Assembly (NCBI GenBank): GCA_964493435.1
Contig: CAZBMB010000003.1
Coordinates: forward strand, 194,016-258,015
Length of the DNA stretch: 64,000 nt
DNA from: an uncultured Dehalococcoidaceae bacterium
GTDB lineage: Bacteria > Chloroflexota > Dehalococcoidia > Dehalococcoidales > RBG-16-60-22
Direction of reading: 5' to 3'
Positions 28,810 to 37,495 of the stretch are shown here, piece by piece. The position numbers were made by a program, and so were the translations under genes. The notes below the pieces were generated by a model. The model worked only from the letters and a program-made list of their open reading frames with translations. It was not told the origin of the DNA and ran no database searches. Position 1 is the first letter of the stretch; each line of letters starts with the position of its first letter.

Positions 28810-29234
28810 TTTACTTCAACCTCTACCTTAGCATCACCGGTAATCACCGGTTCGTCGTTCTGATTGCTGCAGAGTACGTCGCAGTCAATTGTCTGATAGC
28901 CGTCACCTTTTTCTATCCGGCGTATGCTGCCGCTGACGGTGATGACATCGCCGGGACGGGCCGGCGCGCGGAACCGCACGTTTAGTTTGCCGCTGGTGAG
29001 CCATTGCTGGCCAAAGGCATTGGTCAGCATCTGCGAGATATAAGCGAGGATGAGCATACCGTGGGCAATCGTCCCGCCAAGGGGAGTCTGACGCGCATAG
29101 TCAGCATCAATGTGAATGGGATTGAAATCACCGCTGGCTTTGGCGTAGAGATTGATATTATCCTGAACAATATTCTTTATTATTTTGGGCAGGGGACTGC
29201 CTTCTGTGAGTTCAAACGAAGTTGACATAATCAT
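28806..29234 (-). CDS. MaoC-like (R)-specific hydratase/dehydratase hotdog protein
   Basis: Start refined to 29234 or 29228 (MIMSTSFEL...). Contains SGDFNPIHID...IAHG hydratase motif. Confidence 0.75.
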   Translation of the reverse strand: MIMSTSFELTEGSPLPKIIKNIVQDNINLYAKASGDFNPIHIDADYARQTPLGGTIAHGMLILAYISQMLTNAFGQQWLTSGKLNVRFRAPARPGDVITVSGSIRRIEKGDGYQTIDCDVLCSNQNDEPVITGDAKVEVEVK

Positions 29235-29256
29235 TCCCCATCCTTGCTTCATGAAG

Positions 29257-29661
29257 TTACGGTACAGGTAAAATAAAGCCCGTTTTACCCAACAGCACTG
29301 GCTTGTTCGCCTGGTTGAGAACACTGGTATCTACGGTTATCAGGTGCAGCTTGCCTCGCTCCTGTACCCGGCCCACCCTGGCGTGACTGGTCAGGCTGTC
29401 CTCTGTTTTAACGGTGGCCAGGAATTCAAAATCCTGTGAAACATGTATAGTTCCGGGCGGCATTGAGATGGCACTTATCAAAGCCTTCAGCGACAGGGCG
29501 GCCACTGCCATGGGGGGCACCAGTCCCGTATTTTCATACAGGCCGTTATCTTCTGCCACTGCCTTCAGGTAATCGGCCACAGTTGTTGCGTCTACCTGAA
29601 ATGCCGCGGGAGGGAACTCCTGACCCTCTTTCAAGTCCTGATATTCAGTCTTATCTACCAT
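29257..29661 (-). CDS. MaoC-N-type hotdog protein (non-catalytic partner-like)
   Basis: 134 aa. Hotdog fold pattern without the D-x-N-x2-H hydratase motif. It is adjacent to the catalytic MaoC gene. Confidence 0.6.
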   Translation of the reverse strand: MVDKTEYQDLKEGQEFPPAAFQVDATTVADYLKAVAEDNGLYENTGLVPPMAVAALSLKALISAISMPPGTIHVSQDFEFLATVKTEDSLTSHARVGRVQERGKLHLITVDTSVLNQANKPVLLGKTGFILPVP

Positions 29662-29725
29662 CGCGTTTTAACGAGATAATCGGTCTCCTAAATACCTCGA
29701 TACTCAAGGTATTCGGTTAATGTTA

Positions 29726-29754
29726 ATGATATTCAGCAAGCTGGCCTTTGTCAA
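29726..29754 (-). promoter_or_regulatory. candidate promoter of the lipid operon (TTGACA-17-TATCAT)
   Basis: Reverse strand reads TTGACAaaggccagcttgctgaaTATCAT. A 7-bp inverted repeat AATACCT-N9-AGGTATT (29691-29713) lies between it and the first start codon. Confidence 0.5.
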
Positions 29755-29820
29755 GACGTTCGGAAAAGAAAAGTCCCCCGATGACAGTGATATTTCCCGG
29801 TCTGCCGGAGTTCTTTTACT

Positions 29821-30849
29821 TTAATCCGCAGGGATACGAAAACTCGGTTCAACAGGCAGGGATTTGGGCTTTTGTACCGGCTCCCAGACACAGTGCAATT
29901 CCGGGATATCAATGTAGTTAAATCCCCCGGCCTTTTCCTTGGGGTCGCCGAAGTGCCCGCATTGCAGGCTGGGAAATCCCTGCTCAATCAGTGAATTTGA
30001 GACCTCATCAATATCGTCGCACAGGAATTTGAGGTGCTGGATTCCCTCACCTTTTTCGTCTATCCAGTCCTTGTAAAAGGAATCTCCTTCTACGTACTGC
30101 ACCAGTTCCAGTTCCACATCACCGATATAGGCATGGCCGAGTCTTTCTCTGCCCCAGCCTGGCTTTCCGTGGTAATAGCGGTCAAAGAGGACGTGAGAAC
30201 CCCATTCCCTGATTTCCCAGGGCCCGATGCCCAGTATATTCCAGTAATTTTCTGCGGTCTGCATCACGTCTTTCACACAAACTCCCACCTGCTTGATTCC
30301 GGCAACTTTCACTCTGGCCGGACTCGCTGCTTTCGGGTCTTCAGGAAACATGGTAGCTCCCATGGGTTTGCCACCGGTTCGATTGCTTGTCTCCCAGATG
30401 GCCTTCAGCGGTTTCCTCATATCAAAGTAGGCGAACTGATTTTTCAGTTCCGGCCCAAAGTGCCCGTTCATAATGGGAGGGAAACCCAGCTTCTCCATTT
30501 CCCGGCTCACCCGGTCGATATTCAGGTCTTCCACCAGGAATTTCATATGGTGCAGTCCCTCGCCAAATTCATCTATCCAGTCCTGATAAACGGAATCACC
30601 TTCGGTGGTTTCAAAAAGTTCCAGTTCCAATGGCCCTACCTGTGTTACAGCACCGATAAACCTTCCCCAGCCGGGCTTACCATAATATTTCAGGTCGGGT
30701 ATGCGGAGGGAGCCAAATTCAAAAACTGCCCAGGGACCGATGCCCAGAATATTCCAGTAGGCTTCCATTGTCTTCTTTATATCTTTACAGACGATGCATA
30801 CCTGCTGGATTTGCGTGACCTTTACCCTGGCGGGACTTTGCGCTTTCAT
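29821..30849 (-). CDS. tandem-duplicated VOC (glyoxalase/dioxygenase/epimerase-fold) protein
   Basis: 342 aa. Two roughly 170-aa halves are clearly homologous (SPARVKVTQIQQVCIVCKD...YWNILGIGPW versus SPARVKVAGIKQVGVCVKD...YWNILGIGPW). Confidence 0.75.
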   Translation of the reverse strand: MKAQSPARVKVTQIQQVCIVCKDIKKTMEAYWNILGIGPWAVFEFGSLRIPDLKYYGKPGWGRFIGAVTQVGPLELELFETTEGDSVYQDWIDEFGEGLHHMKFLVEDLNIDRVSREMEKLGFPPIMNGHFGPELKNQFAYFDMRKPLKAIWETSNRTGGKPMGATMFPEDPKAASPARVKVAGIKQVGVCVKDVMQTAENYWNILGIGPWEIREWGSHVLFDRYYHGKPGWGRERLGHAYIGDVELELVQYVEGDSFYKDWIDEKGEGIQHLKFLCDDIDEVSNSLIEQGFPSLQCGHFGDPKEKAGGFNYIDIPELHCVWEPVQKPKSLPVEPSFRIPAD

Positions 30850-31026
30850 GCTTACGACCTCCTGTACAATATTATTACTATGGAATTCTATGGTGCTGCA
30901 TCATATACTGTCAAGGATTGACATCGTTCAACGGGGTTTTTAATTGTAAAATGATAACGGATGGTGGCGCTTGACTTTGCCTGGCGAACTTGCATTTACT
31001 ATGGAAAAGGTTGGAGGTGTTCTGCC

Positions 31027-31806
31027 ATGTTAGGTGAACTGCTGGCTAAAGACAAATTACAGATTATAGACCTCACTTTGCCGCTTAAAAATGGCCTCAG
31101 ATACCGCACGGCTCCGGAGATTGTTTATGAGAACCACCGTCAGGGTGCGGAGGCCTTTCGTCGACGCTGGGATATACCGGAAGATGACCTCGAGGAGTAT
31201 GCTGCCAGTGAGACCGTCACTCTGTGCTCCCATTCCGGTACTCATATGGATGCCCCCTGGCACTACGGCCCGACGTCAGAAGGAAAACCCGCCATGACGA
31301 TTGACCAGGTACCCCTTGATTGGTGTTGTGGGGATGGTGTACTGCTGGACTTCACGCATCGTAAAAAGGGGGAGGTCATTAGCCGGGAAGACGTAGTTGA
31401 AGCGCTTAACAAGATTAACTACACACTGAAACCGCGGGACATCGTTCTCATACGGACAGACTGCTGCCGGCATTTTGAAGAAGAACGGTATCAGTATATG
31501 CATCCCGGGATGAGCCGGGAGGCAACGCTGTGGTTGATTGACCAGGGAATCAAAGTAATGGGCACGGACGCCTGGGGGTGGGATGCGTCGCTTGATGTGC
31601 TGGTGGCGGAGTTCAAGCAGGGCGTGATAGGCAGATTGTGGGCGTCACATTATGCCGGAAAAGAGAGAGCGTACTGCCACATGGAAAAACTGTGTAATCT
31701 GGATAAGATTCCCAGCCCCTACGGTTTTCTCATCTTCGCCTTCCCGATGAAGATTGAAAAGGCAAGCGGCGGCTGGGTGCGGGTGGTGGCTATCGTGGGG
31801 AAATAG
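31027..31806 (+). CDS. cyclase-family (kynurenine formamidase-like) metal hydrolase
   Basis: Start refined to the ATG at 31027 after GGAGGTG. Contains the HSGTHMDAPWH motif. Confidence 0.8.
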   Translation: MLGELLAKDKLQIIDLTLPLKNGLRYRTAPEIVYENHRQGAEAFRRRWDIPEDDLEEYAASETVTLCSHSGTHMDAPWHYGPTSEGKPAMTIDQVPLDWCCGDGVLLDFTHRKKGEVISREDVVEALNKINYTLKPRDIVLIRTDCCRHFEEERYQYMHPGMSREATLWLIDQGIKVMGTDAWGWDASLDVLVAEFKQGVIGRLWASHYAGKERAYCHMEKLCNLDKIPSPYGFLIFAFPMKIEKASGGWVRVVAIVGK

Positions 31807-31815
31807 CTGTTCTCG

Positions 31816-33153
31816 TTATCTTATCATTTGCCCTGGCAGCCAGAGGATGAGTTCGGGGAAAATGGCGCACAGCAAAAGCCCGATCATAATCAGGAGAACA
31901 AAGGGGATTACCCCTCTGATTACCTCTGCCATGGTCAGCCCAAATTCCTTGGGCGCGGCACCCCGGACGATGAAGATAGCCATGGCAAAGGGTGGAGTCA
32001 TAAAAGACATCTGCAGGTTAACGCAGACCATGATGGCAAACCAGATGGGGTCAAACCCAAGGGCAGCACCGATGGGGGTTATGATTGGCACCATGATGAA
32101 GACGATGCCTATCCAGTCGATGAACATGCCCAGGATGAAGCAGATGAACATGATAACGCCAAAAGCGCCCCATTTACCTCCGGGGGTACTCAGAATAACA
32201 TCGGTGACCACTTTATCACCACCGGCCCCGATAAATACGCCGACGAAGGCAAAGGCCATGGAAACGATGAGGATAATAAAACCGGCGAGCCTGAGCGTTT
32301 CCAGCGAGACCTCGTATAAAACGCGCCAGTTGAAGCGGCGGTAGGCAATGACCAGTATCACTGACGCCAGACCACCAATAGCGGCAGCTTCGGTGGGAGG
32401 AGCGATACCTAAGAAGATGGTGCCCAGCACGGAAAGGATGAGAAAAGCCGCCGGGAGCAGGGAGGTAGCCAGCATCCAGCTCTTTTTCCAGAAGGATACT
32501 CGCCTCTGTTCCAGAGGCACCGGTGGCGCAATAGTTGGCTGGAGTAAGCTGCGAATAGCAATGTAGCTGATATACAGGCCAGACAGGATGAAGCCCGGAA
32601 TAAAAGCCCCGAAGAATAGCCTGCCCACGGATAGGGAAGCCATTGGCCCGTAAAGAACCAGCATAATGCTAGGCGGGATAAGTATGCCCAAAGTGCCTCC
32701 GGCACAGATGGAGCCGCTGGCCAGGCTCTTATCATAACCTCGCCTCATCATAGAGGGCAGCGCTACCACAGCGAGCATGGTGATTGAGGCGGCGATGATG
32801 CCCACGCAGGCCGCCATAATGGTGCCAATTAAAACGGTGACAATGGCCAGGCCACCCCTGAGCCCACCCAGCCAGACATATAACGCATCATACAGCCTTT
32901 CCGCAATTCCGGAGCGCTCCAGCATGAGACCCATAAAGATAAACAGAGGAGCGGCGAGGAGGGGATAGTTCATCAGGATGCCGCTCACGGCACGTGGGTA
33001 GAGCACCTCACCGACATTAAGGCCAAATCTCAAAAAGCCAAATATTAATCCTAGAAACCCTATGACAATAGCCAGCGGGTAGCCGGTCAGGACGCCAACG
33101 AAGACGCCTCCCAGCATGAGCCCGGCAATAAGTTCTGGACTTATATCAATCAT
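31816..33153 (-). CDS. dctM: TRAP transporter large permease
   Basis: 445 aa, polytopic, with DctM-like pattern. Overlaps dctQ by 8 nt. Confidence 0.85.
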   Translation of the reverse strand: MIDISPELIAGLMLGGVFVGVLTGYPLAIVIGFLGLIFGFLRFGLNVGEVLYPRAVSGILMNYPLLAAPLFIFMGLMLERSGIAERLYDALYVWLGGLRGGLAIVTVLIGTIMAACVGIIAASITMLAVVALPSMMRRGYDKSLASGSICAGGTLGILIPPSIMLVLYGPMASLSVGRLFFGAFIPGFILSGLYISYIAIRSLLQPTIAPPVPLEQRRVSFWKKSWMLATSLLPAAFLILSVLGTIFLGIAPPTEAAAIGGLASVILVIAYRRFNWRVLYEVSLETLRLAGFIILIVSMAFAFVGVFIGAGGDKVVTDVILSTPGGKWGAFGVIMFICFILGMFIDWIGIVFIMVPIITPIGAALGFDPIWFAIMVCVNLQMSFMTPPFAMAIFIVRGAAPKEFGLTMAEVIRGVIPFVLLIMIGLLLCAIFPELILWLPGQMIR

Positions 33154-33655
33154 AGGCTTTTCCCTTTACGAAGTAGTAAACATCGCGGACAAACTGGGCG
33201 GTACCCTGAAGGAAGAAAAGGAGGAACCCGATGGCCACCCAGGTTCGGAATGGACCCATCGGCGGGTACCAGTATGTCTCCACCGATTTTTCGGCCACTT
33301 TCCAGCTGGTTATTGTCCAGGCAACGGAACTGCTGACGAACATGGCCATCAGTGGCAGGAACAGAAGCAGGTAGCCAAAGGTATCAATGCCGGCTCTGGC
33401 TCTGGGCGAAAGGTGGGTATAAATTACGTCAATCCTGACATGGGAGTGATGACGCATGGCATATGACCAGCCTGCGGCGAAGAGACCCCCGCCTATCATC
33501 ATGCTCGTTTCATAGTTCCACATGGTGGGGTCATTGAAGATATAGCGCATGATTACCTCAAGCGAGATGAGGCCGACTAGGAGAGCCGCCAGCCAGCAGG
33601 CAATTTTGCCAGTTCGGTCGCTGATGTTATCAATAAGGTGTACTATCTTTTTCAT
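33146..33655 (-). CDS. dctQ: TRAP transporter small permease
   Basis: 169 aa with 4 TM helices, positioned between the P and M components. Confidence 0.8.
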   Translation of the reverse strand: MKKIVHLIDNISDRTGKIACWLAALLVGLISLEVIMRYIFNDPTMWNYETSMMIGGGLFAAGWSYAMRHHSHVRIDVIYTHLSPRARAGIDTFGYLLLFLPLMAMFVSSSVAWTITSWKVAEKSVETYWYPPMGPFRTWVAIGFLLFFLQGTAQFVRDVYYFVKGKAYD

Positions 33656-33727
33656 GCTGAATAATGTTTGGGAGAAGCTCCCCTCCCCTTGTCGAAATTA
33701 TATTGGGGGAGGGGAGCAAAGTCAATA

Positions 33728-34885
33728 CTAGAACAGGCCAGGATAGGTGTCCTCCATGCCCTTCTTGAAGGAGCGTGCTGATTCAAGCACTTTGGCATAG
33801 AAGGCATCCTCGGTTGCCTTTTCGTCGTAGAACGCTTTTGCTTCGGTCATAAGCGCATCGATAATGGACTGAGAGGCAGGTGCAACAGTGGTGCCATAGT
33901 CCTGATAGAAGGCTATGGCTATCATGTCTTTTCTGGTGATCTCAGAAAGATAGTCGATGCACTCCTGCCAGGCCACGGCTTGGAAAACTTTCTGGTATTC
34001 GGGTGGCAGCTCTGCCCACTTGTCCTTGTTAACCGAGTAGGTGAGGTATTCGCAGGGCTGGCGAGCCGCTGAAAGATACATATAGTCGATAATCTCATAG
34101 CTGGCAATGGTGTAGTCCACCGCTGGAGAACTGAACTGGAAGCAATCCACCACGCCGCGCTGTACGGCTTCGTAGAGTTCACCACCGGGCACTGACATGA
34201 CCGAGACGCCCATTCTGGCGAAGATCTCTCCATCATCACCGGCGGTTCTCATTTTGATTCCCTTGAGGTCAGCGGGTGTATCCAAGGGTACTGTGGAACT
34301 GAGGAAAATTTCCGGAGTACCTGTCCAGCCGGGGATAACTTTCACGTTCATATCGGCGCCATCGAGCATCTCCTGAAGCATCGCGGTGCCCTCGTCATGC
34401 ATCCAGAAGAGCATTGCCATTGGTGATAGTCCACCGACGTAGAAGTTAAATAGACCAGCAGCGGGGAACCTCTCCCGCCACCAAGATGTGGCGTCGTAGC
34501 TGAAATCCAGAGTGCCGCTGTCCACCGCGTAGACCTCATCGGAGGCGGGGACGATGGCGCCACCCGGGTGCGGTTCCAGGACCCAGTTGCCGCCGGTGGC
34601 GTCAGTTACTTTGCCACAGAACCTGGCGAAACCTTCGTACATCGCCTGGCCGGCCGGGTTTATGTGCTGCCCGGTCCATTTGATTGGAGCCGCTGGCTGC
34701 GCTGGCGCGGGAGCTGGGGATGGTGCTGGTGTCGGTGCTGGTGCTGGTGCTGGAGCCGGAGCTGGCGCTGGTGCCGGAGCCGGCGCTGGTGCCGGAGCCG
34801 GAGCTGGTGCCGGAGCCGCACAGGCGGCGACCAAGCTTACCACTAACAGCAGAGCAAATGTTAAGAAAATGCCTTTCTGTTTCAC
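33728..34885 (-). CDS. dctP: TRAP transporter substrate-binding lipoprotein with long Pro-Ala tether
   Basis: 385 aa, GTG start after AAGGAGG. Signal peptide with lipobox LVAAC, then a roughly 45-residue (PA)n linker and a DctP-like domain. Confidence 0.8.
   Translation of the reverse strand: MKQKGIFLTFALLLVVSLVAACAAPAPAPAPAPAPAPAPAPAPAPAPAPAPTPAPSPAPAPAQPAAPIKWTGQHINPAGQAMYEGFARFCGKVTDATGGNWVLEPHPGGAIVPASDEVYAVDSGTLDFSYDATSWWRERFPAAGLFNFYVGGLSPMAMLFWMHDEGTAMLQEMLDGADMNVKVIPGWTGTPEIFLSSTVPLDTPADLKGIKMRTAGDDGEIFARMGVSVMSVPGGELYEAVQRGVVDCFQFSSPAVDYTIASYEIIDYMYLSAARQPCEYLTYSVNKDKWAELPPEYQKVFQAVAWQECIDYLSEITRKDMIAIAFYQDYGTTVAPASQSIIDALMTEAKAFYDEKATEDAFYAKVLESARSFKKGMEDTYPGLF
34688..34819. repeat. 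hexanucleotide tandem repeat (GCYGGW)n encoding the (Pro-Ala)n linker
   Basis: Read directly: ggtgctggtgctggtgctggagccggagctggcgctggtgccggagccggcgctggtgccggagccggagctggtgccggagcc. Confidence 0.9.
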
Positions 34886-34982
34886 TAACTTACCTCCTTG
34901 TTTTTAATACCTCTCGGGATAACATTGCAACCTCTTCTCCGAAAACAATCACCCCCTTTACTTTAATTTAAATGTATTGCAT

Positions 34983-35879
34983 TTACAGGGGCTTTTGCTT
35001 GGTGTCAAGCATCGCCCCAGCAGATTGTCTATTTTGTCTGTTTTCCCACCAGGCACGTATCTCTTCAAGGCTGCGCACCGTGTATTCTTCGTCTCGATAA
35101 CCAAGCCGATAACTGATGAGGCTGGCTCCCATCTTGTTTAGTGTTCCCAGCCGATGCTTTCGTTCCTCGGTGAACGTGTTTGCATCTACGCCAATTGACA
35201 TGGCGGCTATTACTTTGCCGATGGCGTCATGGATAACGCAACCAACGCCGCTTAGTCCTTCCGTGTTTCCCTCTATATCGACAGAGAAGCCATTTTCCCG
35301 TGCCTGTTTAAGCTCCTCTTTCAGCTGTGTCTTGGTGGCGGTGGTCTTGCTGGTCAGCGGTTTCAATATCTCGCTGGGGTATATGCTTTCCAGTTCGATT
35401 TCGGACAGCTCGCTCAGAAAAGCCTTGCCCATGCCGGATGCGTAGGCAGGCAGTATCGAGCCAACAGCATGCTGGTAACGGAAGGGCTTTCTGGCCTCCT
35501 CCTTCTTGATAACGATGACGTTACCTCTGTCAAAAACAGAAATTTTTATGGCCTCACCGGTAAGTTCGTTAAGCAATTCCGTAACCGGCTCGGCGGCGGA
35601 CAGGATATCCGTGGTGACCAGATATAGACTGCCCATCGTGTATAGTGCCGGGCCAATGCGGTATTTTCCGGTGTTATTTTTGCGAATCAATAGTCCCGCG
35701 CGGAGCAGTGTTGACAGTATACGGTGCACCGTGGTTCTGGGAAATTCAACCTTGCCTACAATATCAGAAATGCTCAGCTCTGGTTCATCATAGGAAAAGC
35801 ACTGCAGGATGGAGACTGCTTTCAGCAGCGAAGTTATGGGGCTGGTGGTATTGGAGGGTTTTCTTCGGGTAATGTCCAT
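34983..35879 (-). CDS. IclR-family transcriptional regulator
   Basis: 298 aa. N-terminal wHTH (SISDIVGKVEFPRTTVHRILSTL) and C-terminal IclR effector domain. Confidence 0.85.
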   Translation of the reverse strand: MDITRRKPSNTTSPITSLLKAVSILQCFSYDEPELSISDIVGKVEFPRTTVHRILSTLLRAGLLIRKNNTGKYRIGPALYTMGSLYLVTTDILSAAEPVTELLNELTGEAIKISVFDRGNVIVIKKEEARKPFRYQHAVGSILPAYASGMGKAFLSELSEIELESIYPSEILKPLTSKTTATKTQLKEELKQARENGFSVDIEGNTEGLSGVGCVIHDAIGKVIAAMSIGVDANTFTEERKHRLGTLNKMGASLISYRLGYRDEEYTVRSLEEIRAWWENRQNRQSAGAMLDTKQKPL

Positions 35880-35911
35880 ATAGTGGACATCCTTTCCAAA
35901 ATATGGTTAGT

Positions 35912-35943
35912 TAATATTAATATTACAGATACTTCGCTGTCAA
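35912..35943 (-). promoter_or_regulatory. candidate iclR promoter (TTGACA-18-TAATAT) with a 14-bp perfect palindrome over the -10 box
   Basis: -35 at 35938-35943 (reverse strand); -10 at 35914-35919. The palindrome TAATATTAATATTA spans 35912-35925. Confidence 0.5.
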
Positions 35944-35970
35944 GAGCTTGTCCAAGAAATTTGTTAGAAT

Positions 35971-36714
35971 TCAGAGCATCTCGTTGCCGCCATCTACCCC
36001 CAGGCTCTGGCCAACCATGTATGATGCTTCGTCAGAACATAGAAACAGCACTATGGCAGCCACTTCCTCGGGCTTTCCCAGTCTCCCCAGCGCGCAGCGT
36101 TTCAGCGCTGTCGCCAGCGATTCTGGGACGAGGAGTTTCAAGGCCTCGGTATCAATGGTGCCAGGGACAACGCAGTTGACCATGATGTTATGGGGGGCCA
36201 TGGCCACAGCCAGCGATTTCGTCATGGAAATCACGCCGGCTTTAGCCGCTCCATAAGCAGTGCCAAAGGGGCGGGGCTGTCGGCCGGCGATAGAAGCTAC
36301 ATTAACCACCCGGCCGTACCGCTGTTTCACCATGTAGGGCAGGACATAGCGACAGAAATTCATCGGCACAATAAGGTTGAGATCAATGACGCGTCGCCAG
36401 ACTGATTCATCGGCGTCCAGAAAAGCGATTGCCTCGCTACCACCAATATTGTTCACCAGGATGTCAATCCGCCCCAGTTCCTGGGCCACCTTCTCCACCG
36501 CATGCTCTACTTTCTCTCCATTGGTGGCATCGATGATTACGGACATGGAGTGCCTGCCCCGTGATTGTATTTCCTTGGCCGCGGCTTCAGCTTTATTCTT
36601 ATTGATATCCAGAATGGCAACGGTGCTTCCCTCGCTAGCAAATGCGCTGGCAACCGCCCTACCGATGCCAGAAGCGGCACCGGTTACTATGGCTACTTTA
36701 TCTTTGAATCTCAT
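35971..36714 (-). CDS. short-chain dehydrogenase/reductase
   Basis: 247 aa. TGAASGIGR and YGAAKAG motifs. Confidence 0.85.
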   Translation of the reverse strand: MRFKDKVAIVTGAASGIGRAVASAFASEGSTVAILDINKNKAEAAAKEIQSRGRHSMSVIIDATNGEKVEHAVEKVAQELGRIDILVNNIGGSEAIAFLDADESVWRRVIDLNLIVPMNFCRYVLPYMVKQRYGRVVNVASIAGRQPRPFGTAYGAAKAGVISMTKSLAVAMAPHNIMVNCVVPGTIDTEALKLLVPESLATALKRCALGRLGKPEEVAAIVLFLCSDEASYMVGQSLGVDGGNEML

Positions 36715-36727
36715 TCTTCACGACCTC

Positions 36728-37477
36728 TTACAGCATGCAATTCCCGCCATCAACGGCCAGCGTCTGCCCGGTGATATATGACACGTCATCAGAGGCTAGG
36801 AAGAGCACGGCCCGCGCCACTTCCTCAGGCTGCGACGCTCTCTCCAGTGCTACCTGCTCCAGAATCGGCTGTATGTGCTCCGGGCTGAGCCTCTTGAGAA
36901 GCGGCGTATCCATCGCTCCCGGAGCGACACAGTTGACCCTGATGTTATGTGGTGCCATGGCCACGGCCAGCGACCGTGTTACCGAAATAACTCCTGCCTT
37001 GGCCGCGGCATAGGCCACGGCAAGTGGCCGGGCCTGCCGACCGGCAATGGACGCGATGTTGACGATGCGCCCGTATTGTCTCTCTATCATGTGGGGGAGC
37101 ACGACATGGCAGAAATTCATGGTGCATATCAGATTCATATCTATAACACGCCGCCAGTTTTTTTCATCGGTCTCCAGAAACGGCAGGGTATCGGTCCAGC
37201 CGACGTTGTTCACCAGGATATCGATTTTCTGCTCCCGCTTCATAACCTCATTGACGGTGGTTTCTATTTTCTGCCGCCGGGACACGTCCACTTCAAGTGC
37301 GGTGGCTTTTCCTCCAGGAGCGATGATATCGCCTGCTGTCTTGGTCGCCTCCCCTATATCGATATCACAGACATAGACCATCGCCCCTTCTTCGCCGAAG
37401 CCCAGTGAGATGGCTCTCCCCAGCCCAACCGCACCACCGGAAACAATAACTACTTTATCTTTGAACCTCATATCCAT
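36728..37477 (-). CDS. short-chain dehydrogenase/reductase (tandem paralogue)
   Basis: 249 aa. SGGAVGLGR and YAAAKAG motifs. The C-terminal half is closely parallel to the neighbouring SDR. Confidence 0.85.
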   Translation of the reverse strand: MDMRFKDKVVIVSGGAVGLGRAISLGFGEEGAMVYVCDIDIGEATKTAGDIIAPGGKATALEVDVSRRQKIETTVNEVMKREQKIDILVNNVGWTDTLPFLETDEKNWRRVIDMNLICTMNFCHVVLPHMIERQYGRIVNIASIAGRQARPLAVAYAAAKAGVISVTRSLAVAMAPHNIRVNCVAPGAMDTPLLKRLSPEHIQPILEQVALERASQPEEVARAVLFLASDDVSYITGQTLAVDGGNCML

Positions 37478-37495
37478 TCCTCACCATAGCCTGTG

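Noticed and set aside
30885-30925. The TGTCAA-GGA-TTGACA palindrome as back-to-back -35 boxes of divergent promoters
   Set aside because: After careful counting, the best -10 candidates are 20 nt away (minus strand, TAGAAT) or very poor (plus strand, TAATTG). The promoter reading is not supported, so it is kept only as a possible operator.
34688-34819. The tandem repeat as a CRISPR array or non-coding microsatellite
   Set aside because: The 6-nt unit has no spacers, and it lies in frame inside the DctP lipoprotein gene, encoding (Pro-Ala)n.
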